This document shows positions 1 through 9,249 of a stretch of DNA of 64,000 nucleotides, piece by piece (the first letter of the stretch is position 1; each line of letters begins with the position of its first letter). The stretch lies in sequence record OQ689735.1. The stretch is one strand, 5' to 3'. A program made the translations under genes and the position numbers. The DNA is from Escherichia phage 4E10. The notes beneath the pieces were generated by a model that was not told the DNA's origin, did not search any database, and worked only from the letters and a program-made list of their open reading frames with translations.

Positions 1-11
1 AATTTTCCTTA

Positions 12-2189
12 TTAGGCCGCAAGGGCCTTCATAGTTTTAGCGATTTGGGAGACTTCATCATCGCTTAAAGAGCTGCGATAACCGATGAAGTCGGAAACAA
101 TACGGAATTTCTTGGTAAACTCAGCAACCATTTTATCACTGTTTTTTGAAGCATTATTTGATAATACATCAAAAAGATTAGTTACTGTCCAGATGTCATG
201 ACCGATGGTATCTTTTCCACCATTAAAATATACACCGCGCAATGAACTAACTATATTAGCGAGCCGTGTATATTCTTCAGAAACTTCATCTGTACTGAAG
301 TACTTCATCATAAAATCTAATTCAGGATGCTTGATAATTTTATCAATATATCGTTGAGCTGAACTTGAATAACCTACATACTTATCATAATCTACATCAT
401 CAAAAGCATCTACATATAAATCACGCAAAGCTTCAAAAATACATTGGCACTGACCGAGTTCTTTTACCTTTTTCTGTAAAAGCGGACGAATAACATAAAA
501 TTCATTAATGCCAATAAGATTAGCCATACGAATCAAAATATTCATAGATGGATGACAAAGCGATGTAGTACCATCCATAGAGAAAATATCAGAACGATGC
601 ATATACGCTACATAACCAGTAATTTCATCTGCTTCTGATGTGAGCGTAAATAGTTCCTCTTTTTCCCATCGCCCGTCTTTAATTTCAAACTTAAATGCTG
701 TAGCAGCTTTAGGACGAGGAGCTTTACTTTTAACTACCTTTGGAATATAACTTTTAACCAAAGCTTCAATTTCTGACAAATAATGAATGTTAACTTCATC
801 ACTTTCAAACATTGCCATAATATCAGGTAGTAAATCAATCTGCGATTCTACTTCCGGATTAATAAACAGAAGACGCTCATTGTGATGAATATTTAAAGTG
901 TTATTAAATTCACTATCATCTAATGCACGTGCTAATCCACGGACAATATTAACACGATTTTTAATATTATCAATAACAATATTAATTTTTGTCGTATTAA
1001 TACCAAACAGACGATAACTTGATGCAACGGCTGAAGTTTCATGACTTTGTTTAATGCGTTTCAGTCGAGGGTCAAGATTTACTTCATACACAACTCCTGC
1101 ATTGCATAACTTACTGTCAGGTTCAAACATGCTCTGCATCTTCTTATATGACAGATTTTTAGTCGTGAATTTGACTGAATTACTAATCATATAATCTCGA
1201 GCAGAATACCCCATCTTCATCAATTCACGATATGTATGACGAGGAGATGTAGATTCTTTAAATCGTTTTACATCTTCATTAAATGCTTTCTCACTGAGTT
1301 CTTTAACTCGTTCAATAATATTTTTACGAGTGCGATCATCTAGTGAAAGAGCCTCACGAGATGGAGCAATATCAAGTGAACCCATTGGAAACTTAATGTA
1401 ATTCACTTCATTGCGGATGCTTAACCAGTTACGGTCTCTAATAACACCATCGATAGGATAAACAATACCGCCATAGATAGCATATAATCCGCCGCGATCT
1501 GGCCAGTATCTTTCTGGATTTACACCGTAATAGTCATCAAAATCCGGAAAATAATCAATTTCGCGATCAAGACCATTAATAATAGCCAAATCTTTGAACG
1601 GTCGCATGATATAAGAAACTTCATAAGCAAAGTTTCTAAAGTCTTTTTCTTCAACTGGAACTACGATTTCAATACCAGTTTTATCATCTGGACCCATTTC
1701 TTTTACGAATGTAGGTTTAATTTGTGGACCATCGCCATCCATGTAAGCTACATAACCACGAATTTCACCTTTATGATACGAAGTAATACTAAATGTATCA
1801 GTATAACTAAACGGAGATTTAGAACCTAAACCAAATCCGCCAATGAAATCGTTAGATTCAGCCTTAGATGAACTGAAATATGAATTATACAAACCAGGAG
1901 AATTATCATCACCTTGAATATCAAAATCACTCATACCCGGACCAAAATCTCGACAAACAAATCGTGGATCTAAACGTCCAGGAACTTGTATGATAAATTT
2001 TTCAGGATTTCCATTGAGTGCATGGGCATCAATCATGTTGGTAATCAATTCACGGACTACTGCGCGAATCTTGTTTGTATACAAATCAGACGACAGAATT
2101 TTAAATACTTTAGGAGATGCTGTGATGCTAAATGCTTTTGATTTAGAACCATTACCAAGAATTGTTTCTTTTTCAGTGGTGATAATCAT
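12..2189 (-). CDS. rIIA: rIIA protein (rapid-lysis / exclusion locus)
   Basis: 725-aa ORF; length, position at map start and sequence match T-even rIIA. Confidence 0.9.
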   Translation of the reverse strand: MIITTEKETILGNGSKSKAFSITASPKVFKILSSDLYTNKIRAVVRELITNMIDAHALNGNPEKFIIQVPGRLDPRFVCRDFGPGMSDFDIQGDDNSPGLYNSYFSSSKAESNDFIGGFGLGSKSPFSYTDTFSITSYHKGEIRGYVAYMDGDGPQIKPTFVKEMGPDDKTGIEIVVPVEEKDFRNFAYEVSYIMRPFKDLAIINGLDREIDYFPDFDDYYGVNPERYWPDRGGLYAIYGGIVYPIDGVIRDRNWLSIRNEVNYIKFPMGSLDIAPSREALSLDDRTRKNIIERVKELSEKAFNEDVKRFKESTSPRHTYRELMKMGYSARDYMISNSVKFTTKNLSYKKMQSMFEPDSKLCNAGVVYEVNLDPRLKRIKQSHETSAVASSYRLFGINTTKINIVIDNIKNRVNIVRGLARALDDSEFNNTLNIHHNERLLFINPEVESQIDLLPDIMAMFESDEVNIHYLSEIEALVKSYIPKVVKSKAPRPKAATAFKFEIKDGRWEKEELFTLTSEADEITGYVAYMHRSDIFSMDGTTSLCHPSMNILIRMANLIGINEFYVIRPLLQKKVKELGQCQCIFEALRDLYVDAFDDVDYDKYVGYSSSAQRYIDKIIKHPELDFMMKYFSTDEVSEEYTRLANIVSSLRGVYFNGGKDTIGHDIWTVTNLFDVLSNNASKNSDKMVAEFTKKFRIVSDFIGYRSSLSDDEVSQIAKTMKALAA

Positions 2190-2199
2190 AATTTCCTCA

Positions 2200-2403
2200 T
2201 TAATTCATATTACGCTTAATAACTTCAGCAACTTCTAGTAGTTCATCTTTAGTTGCGGTGTCGGATTGAATTTTATCTCTAATATCTTTAAAGCGGTTTT
2301 TAAATTCTTCGGCTTCTCCCATATCGAAAAAGCGTTGAATGATTCTATATTCTCGATGAACTGCTTTATCAAAAAGTTCTAAATTTACTTTATATGATTT
2401 CAT
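2200..2403 (-). CDS. small hypothetical protein (T4 rIIA.1 position)
   Basis: 67-aa ORF directly upstream of rIIA, same strand. Confidence 0.6.
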   Translation of the reverse strand: MKSYKVNLELFDKAVHREYRIIQRFFDMGEAEEFKNRFKDIRDKIQSDTATKDELLEVAEVIKRNMN

Positions 2404-2428
2404 TCCAATATCCTCATTTGCCCAATTA

Positions 2429-2458
2429 ATTATACCACATCCTTGTGGTAAAGTAAAC
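2429..2458 (-). promoter_or_regulatory. T4-type early promoter
   Basis: Minus strand reads GTTTAC, 18-bp spacer, TATAAT; spacer holds ACCACA/TGTGGT inverted repeat. Confidence 0.6.
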
Positions 2459-4278
2459 TACTGGCTCATCCATTCTTTACGAAGGTCAGCATTATCTCCC
2501 ATGAGCATTTCAAAAAGCTCTTTCCAGTTCTGAGGAAGTTTAACAACATCATATACTGGATTTTGAATCATCTCACGATATTCAGATTTTTCCAAAGAGC
2601 CAAGTCCCTTAATATAACGGATGCTATGTTTAGGTAGAGCATCTTTAGCACTCTCATATTCAGCGACTGTATAAAACCATTCTTGTTTTTTACCGACCTG
2701 AGCGATGATTACGGGAGTTTTGACAAAGCGAATTCTTCCTTGTTCAAACAGTTCTGGCCAATTACTAAAAAATCCGAGCAGAGAAGGATAAATGCTTCCT
2801 AAACCATCATGGTCAGCATCGGTCATAATAGCAATATTATGATAATTCAAGTTTTCAGCTTTTTCACCAAGAACTAATCCAGTGATTGCGCAAATATCAA
2901 ATAGTTCTTTGTTTTTAAGCATATCAGCATATGACATACCCCAACTGTTGAGAACTTTACCACGCAATGGATAACCACCATGAAGTTCTTTATCACGAAC
3001 ATCAATAAGATATCCGATAGCAGAATCACCCTCAGTCAAGAAAAGAGTAGTGTCAGCATCTTTACCGCAAAGATTCGCTTTGATATGTTTATGAACCTTA
3101 GCTTTAGAAGCCTTTTTAGCTGCTTTAGTTTCTGCTGCTTTTTCTGCTGCCAATTTACGTGCTAAAGCAGCTTCAATAATCGGCATTAAAATTGCTTCAT
3201 TATTTAGAATAGCGCGTGAAATCTTTTTAGCATCAAGTTGAATATGACTACGAATTTCACCAAAAGGAGAAGTAAGTCGTTCTTTAGTTTGAGAATCAAA
3301 TCGCATGTTTTTCATATCACGGACAAACATAACGATAGTCAAACATTCTTTGACACGCGCTTTAGTTACATCAATTTTGAACTTACGTTTGATTTGTGGA
3401 ATAAGGTCTTCACAAATATCATCCATAACACAGTCAATGTGATGGCCACCATTCTTAGTGTGAATGTTATTCACATAAGTTAATTGACGAAAACCATCCG
3501 GTGAACGACCAACCGCAATAGAACAATTTTCTTGTTCTTGAACAATAGCATGTTCATCATACTGTCGTGCATATTTCTTAAAATTGCCCTGAACCTTTTT
3601 ACCATTAAAAGTAAATTGAATATCAGGATAAACAACAGCAAGTGTCTGGAGACGATCTAGTGTAATGTCAAGATAAACTTGGGACAGCTCATTAGTTTCA
3701 AATGACATAAAATCAGGAATGAAAGTAACACGGGTTCCTTTCCATTTTCCTGGAATAGTTTCCCAGGATTTATTTTCCATGCCATTTGAACAACGAACTA
3801 CAATATTATTTTGACCATCGCCAGTTTCACCGACAAACATCACAGAAAAAATGTTAGTTAAACTAGAACCAACACCATTCATACCACCGGTGACGCGTTC
3901 TTTATCATCACCGAAGTTACCACCTGCTTTTGGAATAGTCCAGGCAGCAACAGGACCAGGAATTTCTTCACCAGTAGGTGTTTTAACCATCGCTTGTGGA
4001 ATACCGCGACCGTTATCTTCAACTGTTACTTGATTATTTTTGATAGTAACATTAATTTTATTTGCGAATTTAAACTTAGTACGAATACCTTCATCTACTG
4101 AGTTATCGATAATTTCATCAATAAGCTTAACAAGACCAGGTACATACTGAACACTTTCCCATTTACCAAACAGAAAGCGCTCATGCATTTCATTAGCAGA
4201 AGAGCCAATATACATGCCGCTACGCTTTTTGATATGTTCAATATCGCTCAGAATTTTAATTTCATTCTTAATCATCAC
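2458..4278 (-). CDS. 39: DNA topoisomerase II large subunit, fused gp39+gp60 type
   Basis: 606-aa ORF; GHKL ATPase motif (EDNGRGIP), TOPRIM-like LTEGDSA and IMTDADHDG; single uninterrupted ORF; likely true start is the ATG one codon in. Confidence 0.9.
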   Translation of the reverse strand: MMIKNEIKILSDIEHIKKRSGMYIGSSANEMHERFLFGKWESVQYVPGLVKLIDEIIDNSVDEGIRTKFKFANKINVTIKNNQVTVEDNGRGIPQAMVKTPTGEEIPGPVAAWTIPKAGGNFGDDKERVTGGMNGVGSSLTNIFSVMFVGETGDGQNNIVVRCSNGMENKSWETIPGKWKGTRVTFIPDFMSFETNELSQVYLDITLDRLQTLAVVYPDIQFTFNGKKVQGNFKKYARQYDEHAIVQEQENCSIAVGRSPDGFRQLTYVNNIHTKNGGHHIDCVMDDICEDLIPQIKRKFKIDVTKARVKECLTIVMFVRDMKNMRFDSQTKERLTSPFGEIRSHIQLDAKKISRAILNNEAILMPIIEAALARKLAAEKAAETKAAKKASKAKVHKHIKANLCGKDADTTLFLTEGDSAIGYLIDVRDKELHGGYPLRGKVLNSWGMSYADMLKNKELFDICAITGLVLGEKAENLNYHNIAIMTDADHDGLGSIYPSLLGFFSNWPELFEQGRIRFVKTPVIIAQVGKKQEWFYTVAEYESAKDALPKHSIRYIKGLGSLEKSEYREMIQNPVYDVVKLPQNWKELFEMLMGDNADLRKEWMSQ

Positions 4279-4302
4279 TTATCCTCGTTTGGTTTCGGGA
4301 AT

Positions 4303-4329
4303 ATTATACTCCGGCAATCATAAAGCTAA
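4303..4329 (-). promoter_or_regulatory. candidate MotA-dependent middle promoter for gene 39
   Basis: Minus strand TATAAT with a MotA-box-like TTTAGCTTTA about 12 bp upstream (one mismatch to TGCTT). Confidence 0.35.
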
Positions 4330-4345
4330 AGGCCCGAAGGCCTTT
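4328..4345 (-). terminator. hairpin terminator (AAAGGCC-CGAA-GGCCTTT)
   Basis: Perfect 7-bp stem with tetraloop directly after the stop of the 4345..4614 ORF. Confidence 0.5.
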
Positions 4346-4614
4346 TATTTAAAACGAATAGTTGAATCCTTAAAGAACAACCCAGAACATACTGTTCCTT
4401 CTACTTTCTGCCCGGTAGGTCCAACAGCACGAAATCCAGTATGTTGGAAATCATTTTCAGAGCAACCGAACCAGTTATATCCAGTGATTTCAATATTCGT
4501 AAAACCACTTGATGATAAAATTTTAGTTGCATTATCAGCATCAGTACATCCTACTAAAGATACTGCTAATACTAATGCTGCGATAGAACGATTAACATAT
4601 TTCATAATTTTCAC
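4345..4614 (-). CDS. putative lipoprotein
   Basis: 89-aa ORF; N-terminal signal peptide with lipobox-like LVGC. Confidence 0.55.
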   Translation of the reverse strand: MKIMKYVNRSIAALVLAVSLVGCTDADNATKILSSSGFTNIEITGYNWFGCSENDFQHTGFRAVGPTGQKVEGTVCSGLFFKDSTIRFK

Positions 4615-4991
4615 TTAAATTTAATGGCTTGAAGGAGACTAATAATTCTCAAACGGCTTCTTTCATCTTTAACTGTAAAAGAAAGAGGGTCGCCAGATTT
4701 CATAGTGATAGTGCATTCAAAATCAAAATCTTCAGGAACTTCTTCGAAGAAGTCAAATTCTTCATCATAAATTAGAACTTCACTCCGCAGACTGTGAAGA
4801 ATTTTTCCAGCATTTCTGCTAGTTGCTGTACTAATCATTGTAACATTATGACCTTTCATATCTTCAACGATAAATTCGCTTGTAGATATTACGGCATTAA
4901 TAGAACCATTCCTATTACTAGCAGAAAGTAGATATTTCTTTTCTTCACCTTCGCGAACACGATATTTCTTACCGATTTTAAACATAATCAC
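4611..4991 (-). CDS. hypothetical protein
   Basis: 126-aa ORF; start overlaps upstream stop. Confidence 0.55.
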   Translation of the reverse strand: MIMFKIGKKYRVREGEEKKYLLSASNRNGSINAVISTSEFIVEDMKGHNVTMISTATSRNAGKILHSLRSEVLIYDEEFDFFEEVPEDFDFECTITMKSGDPLSFTVKDERSRLRIISLLQAIKFK

Positions 4992-5164
4992 CCTTTAATT
5001 AAATCGTAAAAACCGCCATTCACATGCTTAGGAGCAGAAGGCCGACGAGTAGACAAACAATGACATTTAGGGCAAACATCATTTTCTCGTTCAGAAATCT
5101 TTTTAATTTTTTCATATTCATGCCCGCAATCTTCGGATTGGCATTTATAATCATACATTGGCAT
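4988..5164 (-). CDS. small zinc-ribbon protein (CxxC...CxxC)
   Basis: 58-aa ORF below the track cutoff: MPMYDYKCQSEDCGHEY...CPKCHC; fills the gap between flanking ORFs. Confidence 0.45.
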   Translation of the reverse strand: MPMYDYKCQSEDCGHEYEKIKKISERENDVCPKCHCLSTRRPSAPKHVNGGFYDLIKG

Positions 5165-5166
5165 AA

Positions 5167-5604
5167 TTATTCCTTAAAGTGTGCTTTCAACATCTGATAC
5201 AAAGACCATGCCTGTTCATTATTTTCAATAGTAACTTTCATGACCGGGAATTCTGTGAAATCTTCTATTTGTTCTTGCTCTTCCTGCTCTTGTTCTTCAG
5301 CAGCCTGGTAGGGATTTTTAACTTCATCAAAGAACACAGCTTCACTCGTTGAAAGCCAGATAAAATCTTCATCCAAAATATCTTTACCAGAAGATAACGC
5401 CAATTTTCCACTAGATGTCACAAGTTTAGTAGGACGACCAAGATAGTCAATATCTGTAACTCTAAAAGGTTCCATACCAAGACGTCGTGCATAAATTCCG
5501 TTTTCAGTATGGTCCTTGATAAAATCTTCTTGAGCTTGTTTATTTTTAAATTGATACCATTTATTAACTTCAAATTTAATAGCCATTAATAAGTTTCCTT
5601 CCAA
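5167..5604 (-). CDS. hypothetical protein (T4 goF position); start may be at 5586
   Basis: 145-aa ORF with acidic EQEQEEQEQ stretch; assignment by synteny only. Confidence 0.45.
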   Translation of the reverse strand: MEGNLLMAIKFEVNKWYQFKNKQAQEDFIKDHTENGIYARRLGMEPFRVTDIDYLGRPTKLVTSSGKLALSSGKDILDEDFIWLSTSEAVFFDEVKNPYQAAEEQEQEEQEQIEDFTEFPVMKVTIENNEQAWSLYQMLKAHFKE

Positions 5605-5801
5605 TAAGTTGTACCATCTTCAGTAATTTCGCGAAACACACCATAAATTGGTTGTTTATCACCAACTTTTTCGTACACATAAACCGAAGTCAAGTGAGTA
5701 AACTTATTAGTATGTTCCTTTTGAACTACTACAAGATTTGGATCAAATAATACATCTTCAAATTCGTCATTAGTGCAATTCTGAACAATTTTACGTTTCA
5801 T
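5586..5801 (-). CDS. hypothetical small protein (T4 cef position)
   Basis: Track ORF 5586..5858 trimmed to the internal ATG (MKRKIVQNC...), giving 71 aa. Confidence 0.4.
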   Translation of the reverse strand: MKRKIVQNCTNDEFEDVLFDPNLVVVQKEHTNKFTHLTSVYVYEKVGDKQPIYGVFREITEDGTTYWKETY

Positions 5802-5814
5802 TACAATTTCCTCA

Positions 5815-6084
5815 TTAATTGAACAGTGGAGCGATGCGTTTAAGAAGAGTAGCAGCACCTTTAGCGAATTTTACATCATGAAAAACAGTTTCTTCTTCCG
5901 TTACAACACGAGCTTTAATGTTTTCACAATCCCAATTTTTGCGAACAATCTTCAAAAGCTGCAGTAAATCTTTACATTCAGCAATATCGATAACACATCC
6001 ACGAGAATCTTCCATTATCGCACGATAACCGTAAGCCATACCATAATCGTTGAAAGATTGCTCGATGATAATTAAGTTTTCCAT
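5815..6084 (-). CDS. hypothetical protein
   Basis: Track ORF 5815..6096 begins MENKM via a TTG; ATG at 6084 follows GGAGAA and is the likely start. Confidence 0.5.
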   Translation of the reverse strand: MENLIIIEQSFNDYGMAYGYRAIMEDSRGCVIDIAECKDLLQLLKIVRKNWDCENIKARVVTEEETVFHDVKFAKGAATLLKRIAPLFN

Positions 6085-6108
6085 TTTATTCTCCAAGTTA
6101 TTTTCTGT

Positions 6109-6151
6109 ATCAGTAGTTGATATTGATATAGTACCATAATCAACTACTGAT
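6109..6151. repeat. 13-bp perfect inverted repeat (ATCAGTAGTTGAT / ATCAACTACTGAT), 17-nt loop
   Basis: Read directly from sequence; lies in the 5-prime leader of the 5815..6084 gene. Confidence 0.6.
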
Positions 6152-6152
6152 G

Positions 6153-6180
6153 TATATAGTTTTATGAAAAAATTTTAAAC
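6153..6180 (-). promoter_or_regulatory. candidate early promoter (GTTTAA, 16 bp, TATATA)
   Basis: Minus-strand -35/-10-like hexamers right after the motB stop. Confidence 0.35.
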
Positions 6181-6181
6181 T

Positions 6182-6673
6182 TTATGCATAGCGAGCTTTG
6201 CTATAGTGTTTAATCCAACTTTCAGGAATGACTTTGTATGTTCCTAAAAATACCGCGTTGTATAACTTAACGCCATCTTCTACCCATTGATCAGTAATGT
6301 ATGCACACATAGCGCGAGTACGGTTAACAACACCTTCCTCACCTTCAGTAAATTCAAACTCATAAGGAGCAACGAACTTAATAGCTTGACCGAGTTTCCA
6401 CTTAAAGTCTACACCTACATGCGAAGTATCAATCGTTTCAATTCCTTTAGCAGGAACAGCTTTCAAAAACGCAGACTCAAGAAATTTCCATCGAACATAA
6501 CCAAACTGAGGTTTAGACATTCCATCTTTAGGAATGATACGCACTTTTACTTCAGAATCTTCATCTTTAACACCATGTTTAAGCTGAATGCTTACGACTT
6601 CAACCAATTTTCCTGCTGCTTTAGAACGGGATTTATCAGATACACGAGCAATTTCACCGATATTAATATTCAT
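6182..6673 (-). CDS. motB: MotB-like protein
   Basis: 163-aa ORF at the T4 motB position; size matches. Confidence 0.5.
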   Translation of the reverse strand: MNINIGEIARVSDKSRSKAAGKLVEVVSIQLKHGVKDEDSEVKVRIIPKDGMSKPQFGYVRWKFLESAFLKAVPAKGIETIDTSHVGVDFKWKLGQAIKFVAPYEFEFTEGEEGVVNRTRAMCAYITDQWVEDGVKLYNAVFLGTYKVIPESWIKHYSKARYA

Positions 6674-6717
6674 AATTATCTCTCACTTGTTAAAAAGATT
6701 TTATACTCCGCAGGACC

Positions 6718-6747
6718 ATTATACTCTGGTCCCAAGAGTTTGTAAAC
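6718..6747 (-). promoter_or_regulatory. T4-type early promoter
   Basis: GTTTAC, 18 bp, TATAAT on minus strand; GGACCA/TGGTCC inverted repeat brackets the -10. Confidence 0.6.
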
Positions 6748-7247
6748 TAGCTTACACGAACATTAATCACTGCGCTGCGAGGAACTACAGAGTACTCTCC
6801 AGCATGAACTACGTTCAGAAGTTCAACGCCATCTTCAATCCACTGGTCAGTTACCCAACCGCCAATCGGATTCGCGAATGGACGACGAATATAAACTGCC
6901 TTACACAACAAATCAGTCGGGTCTTCAATTTTTTCAACTGGTGTTACATACATAGAAACTAAATCCATATCAATATGGGATTTTTCTTGTTCTTCTTTTT
7001 CAATTTCTGTCAATAAATTGAAATCTTCTTCATAGATGATGAATGATGATACCCTTCCATAATAGTTTCTAATTTCCATGTACACTGTACCAATGAGAAT
7101 TCCGCTATTAACACTAATAACAGTAAAAGGATATCCGCCAGTTGTACCAAGAAGTTCCCAAAACTTGCTATCAGTCGTATTCGACATTGTCTGGAAATCA
7201 ATTTCAGATGGTTTTTTCATTTGATACGTAGTATTAATTTTAATCAT
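6747..7247 (-). CDS. hypothetical protein, MotB paralog by C-terminal domain
   Basis: 166-aa ORF; C-terminus GWVTDQWIEDGVELLNVV resembles MotB AYITDQWVEDGVKLYNAV. Confidence 0.55.
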   Translation of the reverse strand: MIKINTTYQMKKPSEIDFQTMSNTTDSKFWELLGTTGGYPFTVISVNSGILIGTVYMEIRNYYGRVSSFIIYEEDFNLLTEIEKEEQEKSHIDMDLVSMYVTPVEKIEDPTDLLCKAVYIRRPFANPIGGWVTDQWIEDGVELLNVVHAGEYSVVPRSAVINVRVS

Positions 7248-7256
7248 AATTTTCCT

Positions 7257-7769
7257 TTAATCTAAGGTAATAAAGCCTTTTAATTCGGCATGCGATTTGC
7301 GAAACATTACTTGATGCCCACCAATGATAACTTGATCATCTGGCACTTCATAAATCGCAATGTACATTCCACGATCTTTTAAGTCTTCACGCTCTTCTCG
7401 AGTAAACCATCTCATTATATCATATTCACTAGCAAAAGCAAAATGATATAATGCAATAAACCACAATGGAATATAATTTTCAATTCGTGAATAATCTTTA
7501 TTCCATTTAGTTTTAATAGCATCATTAGCATTTTCAACTAATAACTTATCATCGTGTGGAATAGGAATACTTTCATGACTTTCATAATCATTGCTATGAT
7601 GATGAAATGATGATGAATTAATACCGCAAAATTTTAGCCAAGTTCGAGTTTTCATAGAATCAAATCCACGATAAGGAGTTGATTGAACACATAACTCTTG
7701 CCTAATTTTCATTATACCACTATCATCATTTAATGCGCTAAACGATGATTCAACACGATAAATTTTCAT
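7257..7769 (-). CDS. hypothetical protein
   Basis: Track ORF 7257..7808 trimmed to ATG preceded by GAGGA (MKIYRVESS...). Confidence 0.5.
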   Translation of the reverse strand: MKIYRVESSFSALNDDSGIMKIRQELCVQSTPYRGFDSMKTRTWLKFCGINSSSFHHHSNDYESHESIPIPHDDKLLVENANDAIKTKWNKDYSRIENYIPLWFIALYHFAFASEYDIMRWFTREEREDLKDRGMYIAIYEVPDDQVIIGGHQVMFRKSHAELKGFITLD

Positions 7770-7796
7770 TTTATTATCCTCAGTAGCTATGGTGTT

Positions 7797-7826
7797 ATAA
7801 TACCGCAACTAACCGAGGAAATAAAC
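7797..7826 (-). promoter_or_regulatory. candidate early promoter (GTTTAT, 18 bp, TATTAT)
   Basis: Minus-strand hexamers upstream of the 7257..7769 gene. Confidence 0.4.
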
Positions 7827-7832
7827 AACTTT

Positions 7833-8516
7833 TTATCGTTTAGTTGGAAGAGATAGAGGATCGCATTCTTCCTCTGATGGAGCGTCTTCAAGACCCATAG
7901 CATAGCGCAAAGCATACTTCATCATCAGGATGTCTTTCGCACAGTCATGAATAGAATCATGTGCAACGAATCCATCTAAAGTTCCCTTTGGAAGAGGACA
8001 TGTGGTCATATCACGAACAAGTAGAAGTGCTTCAATTCTGGTACGAATATCACGCTGATTCCAGAATTTACACGGTTCTAACTTAAATGTATCAAGCTCA
8101 TTCTCGGAAACGCCATTAAGACGTTGAATATCGCGAATGAGATCGACTAAAATTGGAAAATCAAACGACATTCCACGGCACCAGCCTTGAGATTTCCAAG
8201 GATCGATATTATGTGCATTGATGTAATCGTTGAATTTTGCAATACCATCAATGGTGCTTACATCTTCATCGGATGGTGCAATATTTTTTCGAGCTTCAGG
8301 AGACTGATTTTTCCACCATTCGATAGTGCTTTTAGTAAAAAGACGATGTCCTTTTTGGCTTTTTAAATCAAATTTGATTTTAATGCCACGTGAAACTAAT
8401 TCATCAAATGTTTCAACAACTTCTGGGTTAGGGTCAAAGGCAATAACAGCCAAATCAATAACAGCTGCTTTTTCACCACTTCCCATCGTTTCAAAATCTA
8501 TAATAAAATCAAACAT
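7833..8516 (-). CDS. dexA: exonuclease A (3-prime to 5-prime DEDD-type exonuclease)
   Basis: 227-aa ORF; matches T4 DexA in length and sequence; acidic exonuclease motifs. Confidence 0.85.
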   Translation of the reverse strand: MFDFIIDFETMGSGEKAAVIDLAVIAFDPNPEVVETFDELVSRGIKIKFDLKSQKGHRLFTKSTIEWWKNQSPEARKNIAPSDEDVSTIDGIAKFNDYINAHNIDPWKSQGWCRGMSFDFPILVDLIRDIQRLNGVSENELDTFKLEPCKFWNQRDIRTRIEALLLVRDMTTCPLPKGTLDGFVAHDSIHDCAKDILMMKYALRYAMGLEDAPSEEECDPLSLPTKR

Positions 8517-8773
8517 TAAACTTTCCTCGCTAAATCGCGAATTTGACCTACAGTATAATCTTGGATATAAACTTTATTAATGGGCTCATCAATAAATTTT
8601 GCCATAGATTCAATATCTTTTTGCATCTCTTCAAGACTGTATACTATCTTTGAAGCTTTTTCACGAATAGTTACATTTTCAGGTCCTGGATTTTCTTCAA
8701 TGACAGCTTTAACATTTGTCATAAGAGATTTAAACTGGTACCAACTTAATTCAATCATTAATAATCGCCTCAT
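8516..8773 (-). CDS. hypothetical protein (dexA.1 position)
   Basis: 85-aa ORF; resembles the next ORF (tandem paralogs). Confidence 0.5.
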   Translation of the reverse strand: MRRLLMIELSWYQFKSLMTNVKAVIEENPGPENVTIREKASKIVYSLEEMQKDIESMAKFIDEPINKVYIQDYTVGQIRDLARKV

Positions 8774-9011
8774 AAAGATAGCTAATTTCGCCTAAAACGT
8801 AATCATTGATTGTAACAGTTTTCACTTCACCACAAAAGAATTCTAACGCAATTAAATCTCGTTCAATTTCTTCTAATTGAAGCATCAACTTACTAGATTC
8901 AATTTTTATAGTTTCACGATTTTTACCATGAGCAATTTCATAAATTTCGCTCACTTTATCTTGAAGCAGATAAAACTGGTCTTTAGTTATTTCCACGAAT
9001 AGCTTCCTCAA
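8751..9011 (-). CDS. hypothetical protein (dexA.2 position)
   Basis: 86-aa ORF; paralog-like to 8516..8773 (INDYVLGEI vs IQDYTVGQI). Confidence 0.5.
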   Translation of the reverse strand: MRKLFVEITKDQFYLLQDKVSEIYEIAHGKNRETIKIESSKLMLQLEEIERDLIALEFFCGEVKTVTINDYVLGEISYLYEAIIND

Positions 9012-9243
9012 ATTTAATTAGTAATTTACAGACACTTTCATCTAGTGTAATTACCGTATCTGTATTACTGTGATATGATTGTTTTTCAATTCGTTTAATT
9101 GCTAATATAGTATCACTTATAAGATAAAGCTTATGAAGGAGCTCAGCTCCTGTTACCATAACATCGAGATTATCTTGCTTATTAGTATGCTTCCTTATAC
9201 CATCTATTAGACGATTTAAATATTTTGAATTGATGTTAATCAT
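8983..9243 (-). CDS. hypothetical protein
   Basis: 86-aa ORF just downstream of dda. Confidence 0.45.
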   Translation of the reverse strand: MININSKYLNRLIDGIRKHTNKQDNLDVMVTGAELLHKLYLISDTILAIKRIEKQSYHSNTDTVITLDESVCKLLIKFEEAIRGNN

Positions 9244-9249
9244 ATAGCC

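Noticed and set aside
1990-2238. Plus-strand ORFs in the track (for example 1990..2238, 2980..3165, 3238..3483, 4214..4618, 6287..6745, 8326..8580, 19633..19863, 26560..26847, 32620..33003, 60204..60587)
   Set aside because: Each lies inside or antisense to a well-supported minus-strand gene and has no RBS or promoter context. These are shadow ORFs typical of AT-rich DNA.
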